DNA from: a virus
IMG/VR virus record: IMGVR_UViG_3300035670_013228
Span: 1-64,000 of that record
DNA length: 64,000 nucleotides
Strand: one strand, 5' to 3'
Shown: positions 1 to 6,160 of the stretch, one piece after another
How the letters are laid out: the number at the start of each line of letters is the position of its first letter
Numbering within the stretch: position 1 is the stretch's first letter
Notes under the pieces: generated by a model
The model's database searches: none
What the model saw: only the letters and a program-made list of their open reading frames with translations
What the model was told of the DNA's origin: nothing
Made by a program: the position numbers and the translations under genes

Positions 1-202
1 CCTTATGTAGCAACACTTTACAACATTCTCATTTTGAGACGGGGGTGTGCCGAGGTGAGGCATTTTGCTACAGGTGACGCATTTTGCTACAGCATTTTGC
101 TACACCACCTTTGGGGTCGCCGTAAGTGCTTGAATCATAAGGAGTTACGTCGAGCGGGGCGGGCCGATTTTGCCGTAAGTCCTTATGGCACAATGGTTTG
201 CG
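1..202. repeat. Structured repeat unit, copy A (left end cut by the window)
   Basis: Colinear with 1065-1272 at an offset of 1070-1071. Contains CATTCTCAtTTTGAGAC at 24-40, three GCATTTTGC copies, a 28-nt block AGCATTTTGCTACACCACCTTTGGGGTC at 91-118 identical to 1161-1188, and two 11-7-11 imperfect palindromes (121-149, 174-202) separated by 24 nt. Confidence 0.9.
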
Positions 203-210
203 TCGAATTC

Positions 211-360
211 TTAGAGGATCGTACCATCCCCCCTTATGCGGTACAGTATGCCGCCTATGCTGTACAGATATATACCCCCGCCCATATGTTGTACAAACAT
301 AGCCGAATAACCATGATGAGCAACAAGGCGGTGAAGTGTATTGTATACCTGATTCGTCAT
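211..360 (-). CDS. Small hypothetical protein (49 aa, MTNQVYNTLHRLVAHHGYSAMFVQHMGGGIYLYSIGGILYRIRGDGTIL); not in ORF track
   Basis: Translated by hand. The ATG lies 1 nt after the TGA of 362-547, suggesting coupling, and the ORF ends just before the repeat unit. Confidence 0.65.
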   Translation of the reverse strand: MTNQVYNTLHRLVAHHGYSAMFVQHMGGGIYLYSIGGILYRIRGDGTIL

Positions 361-361
361 A

Positions 362-547
362 TCAAGCATTCTCCACGATCACGCTCACAACCTTGTCGGT
401 ATACATGGACCGATAGCCCACAGTATCATCGTTGACCAGAATCAACGTTCCCTTGTTCGGAATCTCACGAACGCTAACCAGTTCACCGGTGAACGATTCG
501 CCAGTACTATAGACCACGCTCAACCTATCGCCAACATTGAAAACCAT
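362..547 (-). CDS. Small hypothetical protein, SH3-like beta-barrel (FNVGDRL...)
   Basis: Preceded by the leader AGAAAGAGAGAAAAAG shared with the neighbouring gene; alternating beta-strand pattern. Confidence 0.75.
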   Translation of the reverse strand: MVFNVGDRLSVVYSTGESFTGELVSVREIPNKGTLILVNDDTVGYRSMYTDKVVSVIVENA

Positions 548-562
548 CTTTTTCTCTCTTTC

Positions 563-724
563 TCAGGATACCTTTGCGGATTCTGCCTTGTAAATCGGAT
601 AAAACTGTTCGAATGAAAGGTTAGTATACTTCAGCACACCGGCCACGTACAGGTCATACCGATCATGCGTACCTTCGGTCACCGTCCAAACGATATACCG
701 ATAGTCCTGAGTCCAACGCTTCAT
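563..724 (-). CDS. Small hypothetical protein (53 aa, MKRWTQDYRY...)
   Basis: Start moved from 778 to the ATG at 724 because it directly follows the shared 16-nt leader. Confidence 0.7.
   Translation of the reverse strand: MKRWTQDYRYIVWTVTEGTHDRYDLYVAGVLKYTNLSFEQFYPIYKAESAKVS
565..594 (-). promoter_or_regulatory. Possible sigma70-type promoter TTTACA-N18-TATCCT
   Basis: Minus-strand hexamers at 594-589 and 570-565, directly upstream of the shared leader of 362-547. Confidence 0.4.
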
Positions 725-749
725 CTTTTTCTCTCTTTCTTGTGTCTTG

Positions 750-778
750 ATTCTACCAAACTTTTCTGGCCGCATCAA
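750..778 (-). promoter_or_regulatory. Sigma70-type promoter TTGATG-N17-TAGAAT
   Basis: Near-consensus hexamers with a 17-nt spacer, upstream of the leader and ATG at 724. Confidence 0.6.
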
Positions 779-794
779 CCCCCTTTATAGGGGA

Positions 795-989
795 TCAGTG
801 AGAAAACTGAGCGTCATATTCCGATTCGAGCATCGCGTCATCCGCATGAATCGTTGCACGACCATCGGAACATTCGACCACCATCCGATCACCAAAGACC
901 TCGACCACCACACCACAGTATTCGGGCTGATCGAAAACAAACTCCCACACCACACGATCACCAACCGCGAACCCGTTTCCGTTTTCCAT
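795..989 (-). CDS. Small hypothetical protein, SH3-like beta-barrel (MENGNGFAVGDRVVW...)
   Basis: Start moved from 1067 to 989, after a leader variant AGAAAGAGAGAGCGAAAA. Shares F.VGDR with 362-547. Confidence 0.7.
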   Translation of the reverse strand: MENGNGFAVGDRVVWEFVFDQPEYCGVVVEVFGDRMVVECSDGRATIHADDAMLESEYDAQFSH

Positions 990-1024
990 TTTTCGCTCTC
1001 TCTTTCTTTGTTGTCCTATATATA

Positions 1025-1040
1025 TGCACACGCCGTGCCA
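1025..1040 (-). promoter_or_regulatory. Sigma54-like -24/-12 motif TGGCACGGCGTGTGCA
   Basis: One mismatch to TGGCACG-N4-TTGCW with correct GG/GC spacing; about 35 nt upstream of the ATG at 989. Confidence 0.45.
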
Positions 1041-1064
1041 TTCGAGAAAAAAAATACGATTTTC

Positions 1065-1272
1065 CATAACCCCTTGAAAAATATAGGGTTACAGCATTCT
1101 CAATTTGAGACGCGGTAAGGATCACTGTAGCATTTTGCGTCACACTGTAGCATTTTGCACAGCATTTTGCTACACCACCTTTGGGGTCATCATAAGTCGT
1201 TACAGAGTAAGCACTTACGTCGAGCGGGGCGGATCAATGTTGTCACAAGTCTAGTCCCCATAAACACTTAGG
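1065..1272. repeat. Structured repeat unit, copy B
   Basis: Three 11-7-11 imperfect palindromes (1065-1093, 1191-1219, 1244-1272), CATTCTCAaTTTGAGAC at 1095-1111, three GCATTTTGC copies, and a 24-nt spacer starting TCGAGCGGGGCGG as in copy A. Confidence 0.9.
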
Positions 1273-1366
1273 GGGTTTTTTCATTTTCTCGTGGTTTTAC
1301 AACACAGTCTCAAAAATCCCCAGGACATTCATAAGCAATACGGACTCAAAAATTTAAATGTATCAC

Positions 1367-2485
1367 CTAAACTTTCTTATTAGCCCGTAGATTCTTTCTG
1401 CTTCTACCTCTCTTTTGATACGATATGCTAAATCTTCTGTCTCTATTAGAGTCTAAAATTTCTGGATATTTTTTTCTAAGATCTAACTTTCTTTCCCAGC
1501 TATATACAGCATAAGATATTTTTGTATCTTTCCATTTTTGATTAGCTTTCCATCTGTCAGAGAAGTATTCACTTAGCTTTACTGGATCAGCATGAAATTC
1601 CAACCATTTCTTCTCAAATAATTGTGGAAAATTCCCCCTTTTATCAAAAGCATTGTCTCTATGATTTCCTTTTTCTAGATGATCAGGATTTTTACACTTA
1701 GAGTTACCACACTTGTGTCGTATTAATTCAGGATATTCTCCATACTTCTCCCAATAAGCCACTCTGTGCGCATAAAAATATTTCTTTTCACCAGGCCCCC
1801 AATCTCTAAAAGCTACCACCTTTAGCTTAGCATATCCATACTTATCCACATATCTACTTTCCCAACAACCGTTATTCGTTAAGATACGATCTTTATACGA
1901 ATTAAGAGTTATAGCTTTTTCTAGCCATGGTAATATATCTTCTTCTTTAGTAGGTTTCCACGAATTTATCAAACAAGATTCATTAAATTTTGCTAATACT
2001 TTAGATTCATGTTCCAACACATCTTTATCATCACATTCCTGCACAATTCCCATATGCATAGTATAGTTATTATTTGTAAAAAATTCTAATAACTTAGAAG
2101 ACGAATGTTTTTTTAATTTTAATGTACGTATATGGTCATTTAATCTTTTTTTAATATTCGCACTACTGCCTATATATAATTGAATATTATTAAAATTTGT
2201 TTTACTAATAAAATATATAGCATAAACACCACTAATATTATTTTTTATATTATCCAGATTCTGTATCTTATTCCATTTAGCTATATGAGAATGATTTACT
2301 CTGCATTTAATATTTCTAATTTTCATAATCAAACTTAATGTACTTTTAGATACATTATAATATTTAGATAAATAGTTTAAACTTAATCCTTCTCTATATT
2401 TATCTACGAATTGTATTTCTTCTTGAGATGTTAAAAACTTTTTTAACTTTCGTTTTTTACTATCTTTAGATTCTTTTGGTCTCAT
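1367..2485 (-). CDS. Homing-endonuclease-like protein: N-terminal HTH-like region + GIY-YIG + HNH (His-Me finger)
   Basis: SGVYAI...LYIGSS.NIKKRLNDH...LEHE...LIN (GIY-YIG) and CWE...GYA...AHRVAY...RHKCGNSKCKNPDHL..GNHRDN (HNH_3 type). Confidence 0.85.
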   Translation of the reverse strand: MRPKESKDSKKRKLKKFLTSQEEIQFVDKYREGLSLNYLSKYYNVSKSTLSLIMKIRNIKCRVNHSHIAKWNKIQNLDNIKNNISGVYAIYFISKTNFNNIQLYIGSSANIKKRLNDHIRTLKLKKHSSSKLLEFFTNNNYTMHMGIVQECDDKDVLEHESKVLAKFNESCLINSWKPTKEEDILPWLEKAITLNSYKDRILTNNGCWESRYVDKYGYAKLKVVAFRDWGPGEKKYFYAHRVAYWEKYGEYPELIRHKCGNSKCKNPDHLEKGNHRDNAFDKRGNFPQLFEKKWLEFHADPVKLSEYFSDRWKANQKWKDTKISYAVYSWERKLDLRKKYPEILDSNRDRRFSISYQKRGRSRKNLRANKKV

Positions 2486-2503
2486 AATTTTATGTATGTA
2501 TAT

Positions 2504-2530
2504 AATAAAAGGAGCAGAAAAATCTACTCC
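2504..2530 (-). terminator. Rho-independent terminator after the 75-aa gene
   Basis: Minus strand GGAGTAGA-TTTT-TCTGCTCC (8-bp stem, one G-U pair) followed by TTTTATT. Confidence 0.6.
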
Positions 2531-2567
2531 TCTTACTACCTAGTCTTTGTTGAAAATTTATATACCA

Positions 2568-2795
2568 TCAAGAAAAATGTAGCTGCTCAACACTAGTAAT
2601 ATTTTTATTTTTAGACGGACGACCTCGTGGTTTGTTGAGTTTTAATTTTCTGCGTTGTCTTCTGATCATAGCAGTATTAATATTAGAATTAGTTAATTGA
2701 CTTAATTTAGCAGCTAATTCTTCATCATTGGTGGTTTGATAATTATTAGTGATAAAATCTAGCTCTTGTGCGGTCCATTTTTTATAATTAGCCAT
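2568..2795 (-). CDS. Small DNA-binding protein (Myb/HTH-like with AT-hook-like KPRGRP)
   Basis: KKWTAQELDFI...DEELAAKL pattern; C-terminal PRGRP. Confidence 0.7.
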   Translation of the reverse strand: MANYKKWTAQELDFITNNYQTTNDEELAAKLSQLTNSNINTAMIRRQRRKLKLNKPRGRPSKNKNITSVEQLHFS

Positions 2796-2816
2796 AATAG
2801 TAGTTCCTTGTAAAAG

Positions 2817-2844
2817 TTGACAAATTGTAACACAATGTTATTAT
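2817..2844 (+). promoter_or_regulatory. Sigma70-type promoter TTGACA-N16-TATTAT upstream of the sigma/packaging operon
   Basis: Perfect -35 at 2817-2822 and near-consensus -10 at 2839-2844, in a divergent intergenic region. Confidence 0.5.
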
Positions 2845-2879
2845 ATTAACGTTTGACCAATTTAACGCAAGGTGTTTAC

Positions 2880-3035
2880 ATGAAAAATAACCCACAACCA
2901 ACTCCCGTAGATTCTGTGTTAGTAGCCAAAGCTTCAGGATGTTTGAATATAAATAATGATTTACAAATGTCTGATGGTAAAAGTATAGCACAATTAATAT
3001 ATGAAGAAGAAAAAAACCAACAAACTACAAAATAA
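2880..3035 (+). CDS. Small hypothetical protein (51 aa)
   Basis: ATG at 2880 after AAGGTG; overlaps the start of the sigma gene. Confidence 0.5.
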   Translation: MKNNPQPTPVDSVLVAKASGCLNINNDLQMSDGKSIAQLIYEEEKNQQTTK

Positions 3036-3633
3036 TGTAACTGAAGAAGAATTTTTACAAGTTTTAGATAATATATCAAAAAGACTTGCTCATAAATTTA
3101 AATTCGGATATCACAGCTACGAAGATATGAAGCAACAAGCTGCTATATTTGCTCTAGAAGGCTTAGAGAAGTATGACAATTCTAGACCTCTTGAAAATTT
3201 TTTATGGACCCACGTAAGAAACAGACTATTTAATTACAAAAGAGACAACTTTCAAAGACCAGATAAACCATGTTTAACTTGTCCATTTTACGATCCATCA
3301 AATAAACAATCATTTAATCAGTGTGCTAAATTTTCAGATAAAAATGACTGTGCAGAATATTCGTCTTGGTTTAAACGTAATAATAATAAAAAAAATATTA
3401 TGAAACCAATAGGCATAGAGGATCTTACAAATCAGAATATTTCTACAGAACAATCCATTCCCGATATGGTAGCCAACGAACAAATTATTCAAATACTAGA
3501 CAAAGAGATTCCTGCACAATTCCGCGCATCATATCTCAAATTAAAATACGGAGAAAAAATTTACAAACAAGATCTTACTAAACTAATTAATTGTATCAAA
3601 GCTATTCTAACAAATTATAATTACGATGTCTAA
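3001..3633 (+). CDS. Phage sigma70/ECF-like sigma factor with a 4-Cys insertion
   Basis: Region-2 motif EDMKQQAAIFALEGLEKYDNSRPLENFLWTHVRNRLFNYKR; CLTC...C...C at 3271-3351. Confidence 0.75.
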   Translation: MKKKKTNKLQNNVTEEEFLQVLDNISKRLAHKFKFGYHSYEDMKQQAAIFALEGLEKYDNSRPLENFLWTHVRNRLFNYKRDNFQRPDKPCLTCPFYDPSNKQSFNQCAKFSDKNDCAEYSSWFKRNNNKKNIMKPIGIEDLTNQNISTEQSIPDMVANEQIIQILDKEIPAQFRASYLKLKYGEKIYKQDLTKLINCIKAILTNYNYDV

Positions 3634-4444
3634 TTCAATACCTAAAAAAAGAGGCCAATTAAGTCTTGAAGAAGAAAAATATATACGAGATAATATTAGC
3701 ACACTAACTATTGAAAATATTGCTAATCATTTAAATCGCAGCATAGCCCCCATAGAAAAATATATTCAACAAACTAAATTAACGCATACATCATCAGATG
3801 ATCAAATATTAAAACAAAAATTATATCTAAAAACTTTTTGGAGCGAGATAGAAAAACAATTTGACAAAGAGACCGGAGAACTAGAATACTTCGAAAATAC
3901 ATGGGTCGGACTAATTAAACAATTTAGGGAAGATGTTCTTCCTGCTGAAGAATTACAAATCAAACAATTTATTACTATTGATATTCTTATTAATCGGAGT
4001 ATGAAAGAACGTAAAAGACACATAGCAGATACTGAAAAACTACAAAACGAGGTTGATAAAGAATATGCTAAACCAGAGGATCAAAGAGATATTCCGAAAT
4101 TGGCCAACCTGGAAACGCAATTATCGTTCGCCCGTAACAGCATCGCTAATTATACTAATGAATATACCAAGCTTCTTAACGAACAACAAAAAATTAGTAA
4201 AGATCTTAAAGCTACTCGTGAACAAAGGATCAAAAGAATAGAGGACGGCAAAAGTTCTTGGGTAGGACTTATACGAATGCTTGAAGATGAAGAAATAAGA
4301 GAAAAAGAGGGCAAAGAGATGGAAATTTTGGCTATAGCAGCAAATCAAGTAAAAAACAAACTATCCGATTACCATTCATATGCTGATAATACTTTGGACA
4401 GTCCATTTTTAACACCAGAAACTATTTTACAACGAGAGGACTAA
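3626..4444 (+). CDS. HTH + coiled-coil protein (possible terminase small subunit)
   Basis: N-terminal HTH-like LSLEEEKYI...IANHLNRS and a long helical region; located upstream of terL. Function is positional inference. Confidence 0.5.
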   Translation: MSNSIPKKRGQLSLEEEKYIRDNISTLTIENIANHLNRSIAPIEKYIQQTKLTHTSSDDQILKQKLYLKTFWSEIEKQFDKETGELEYFENTWVGLIKQFREDVLPAEELQIKQFITIDILINRSMKERKRHIADTEKLQNEVDKEYAKPEDQRDIPKLANLETQLSFARNSIANYTNEYTKLLNEQQKISKDLKATREQRIKRIEDGKSSWVGLIRMLEDEEIREKEGKEMEILAIAANQVKNKLSDYHSYADNTLDSPFLTPETILQRED

Positions 4445-4445
4445 A

Positions 4446-5435
4446 ATGCAAACGGCCATTATCACCGGCATCACAGGACAAGACGGTAGCTATCTAGCTG
4501 AACTACTACTAGAAAAAGACTATAAAGTTGTTGGAATGTATAGAAGAAGCAGTATTAATAATTTTGATAGAATTCATCATCTAATAAAATCGCCCCATTT
4601 AATTTTAGAAGAATGCGATTTAACGGACCCGTCCGGTATATGTTCTTTAGTAGACAAATACAAACCAGATGAAATTTACAACCTTGCTGCTCAAAGTCAT
4701 GTTGGATCATCTTTTAAAAATCCATCAACCACAATAGAAATTGATACTGTAGGAGTTGTTAATCTTTTAGAAGCTATTAGAACACGTTCCTCATCTACCA
4801 AGTTTTACCAGGCTAGCACTAGCGAAATGTACGGTAAAAATTACGACACATCCAAATACGACGAACCTTATCAGGACGAAGACACCACTTTTCTGCCTCA
4901 GAGTCCTTATGGTGTTGCAAAATTAGCTAGTCATAGACTAGTAGGTATTTATCGTGAAGCTTATGGATTATTTGGTTGCTGTGGCATACTATTTAATCAT
5001 GAAAGTCCACGACGTGGTGAAAATTTTGTTACTCGTAAAATCACTAAATATATTGGAGATCTAGTTAATAATCGAACAACCTCAAATCTACAATTAGGTA
5101 ATCTTAGTGCTAAAAGAGACTGGGGACATGCTAAAGACTATGTTAAAGCTATGTATTTAATGATGCAGTATGATAATCCAGATGATTATGTTATAGCTAC
5201 AGGTAATACATATAGCGTATACGATTTTCTTAAACTATCTTTTAATAAGATAAATATGGATTATAAGAATTATGTTACTATAGATGAAAATTTATACAGA
5301 CCAGCAGAAGTACAGTATCTTAGAGGTATTTCATCAAAAGCACAAAAAACACTAAACTGGGTTCCAGAATATTCTTTTCAGGAATTGGTTTATGAAATGG
5401 TAGACAATGATGTGGGAATACTAGATCATGTTTAG
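4446..5435 (+). CDS. gmd: GDP-mannose 4,6-dehydratase
   Basis: GITGQDGSYL, YNLAAQSHV, FYQASTSEMYG, SPYGVAKL, GILFNHESPRRGENFVTRKIT, LGNLSAKRDWGHAKDYV. Confidence 0.97.
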   Translation: MQTAIITGITGQDGSYLAELLLEKDYKVVGMYRRSSINNFDRIHHLIKSPHLILEECDLTDPSGICSLVDKYKPDEIYNLAAQSHVGSSFKNPSTTIEIDTVGVVNLLEAIRTRSSSTKFYQASTSEMYGKNYDTSKYDEPYQDEDTTFLPQSPYGVAKLASHRLVGIYREAYGLFGCCGILFNHESPRRGENFVTRKITKYIGDLVNNRTTSNLQLGNLSAKRDWGHAKDYVKAMYLMMQYDNPDDYVIATGNTYSVYDFLKLSFNKINMDYKNYVTIDENLYRPAEVQYLRGISSKAQKTLNWVPEYSFQELVYEMVDNDVGILDHV

Positions 5436-5697
5436 AAATTTTAGAGATCCCAAATACAAAGAGTGGCGTAACAGTGTATATTCTAGGGATAATTTTAGGT
5501 GCAGATGGCCTAATTGCGATAAAAACAGAAAACTTAATGCTCATCATATAAAAACTTGGTCTGATTATCCATCTTTAAGATTTAATGTTAATAATGGTAT
5601 TACTCTGTGTAAATATCATCATGATCTTATTAAGGGTATGGAAGAAATTTATGCAGCCGTTTTTTTAAAGATATTAGCAGATGATAGACTTCAGTAA
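5428..5697 (+). CDS. HNH endonuclease
   Basis: WRNSVYSRDNFRC...C...LNAHHIK...NNGITLCKYHH. Confidence 0.85.
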   Translation: MFRNFRDPKYKEWRNSVYSRDNFRCRWPNCDKNRKLNAHHIKTWSDYPSLRFNVNNGITLCKYHHDLIKGMEEIYAAVFLKILADDRLQ

Positions 5698-6160
5698 TTT
5701 TCATATAATAATAGATACCAGAGAACAACATCCATGGACTTTTGAGCACATGACTAAAAGCGTATCTAAATTAGATACTGGAGACTATTCGCTACAAGGA
5801 TTAGAGCACCTATTTTGCATAGAGCGTAAAGGTAGCGTAAGCGAGTTTGCAAATAATATAACGGAAAAAAGATTTAAAGATGTTATTGATAGAATGAATA
5901 AAATTCCTCATGCTTTTCTGTTATTGGAATTTGAACTACAAGATGTTCTCGTTTATCCAGTAGGATCAAATGTTCCTAAAAGAATGTGGGATAAATTAAA
6001 AATAACACCAAAATTTATTTTAAAACATATAAATGAACTACAATTGCTCCATAATATTAAGGTACTTTTTTGTGGCGATGCGAGCAATGCTGAACAAATG
6101 GCTATTAGTTTAATGAGAAAAATATATGAACTCCACGGACAACCAAAAAAAGATATTTAG
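5681..6160 (+). CDS. ERCC4/XPF-family nuclease
   Basis: IIIDTREQ, LDTGDYS, IERKGS motifs. Confidence 0.85.
   Translation: MIDFSNFHIIIDTREQHPWTFEHMTKSVSKLDTGDYSLQGLEHLFCIERKGSVSEFANNITEKRFKDVIDRMNKIPHAFLLLEFELQDVLVYPVGSNVPKRMWDKLKITPKFILKHINELQLLHNIKVLFCGDASNAEQMAISLMRKIYELHGQPKKDI

Noticed and set aside
235-299. Three TATG-Y-N-GTACA repeats resembling operators
   Set aside because: They fall inside the 211-360 minus-strand ORF and are explained by its codons.
34-1143. ORF-track entries 34-435, 747-1118, 854-1069 and 958-1143
   Set aside because: They overlap repeat units, or lie antisense or out of frame to better-supported genes with shared leaders, and have no recognisable motifs.
1-1272. 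Possible CRISPR array
   Set aside because: Units are about 200 bp and 1070 nt apart with genes between them; there is no repeat-spacer periodicity and no cas gene.
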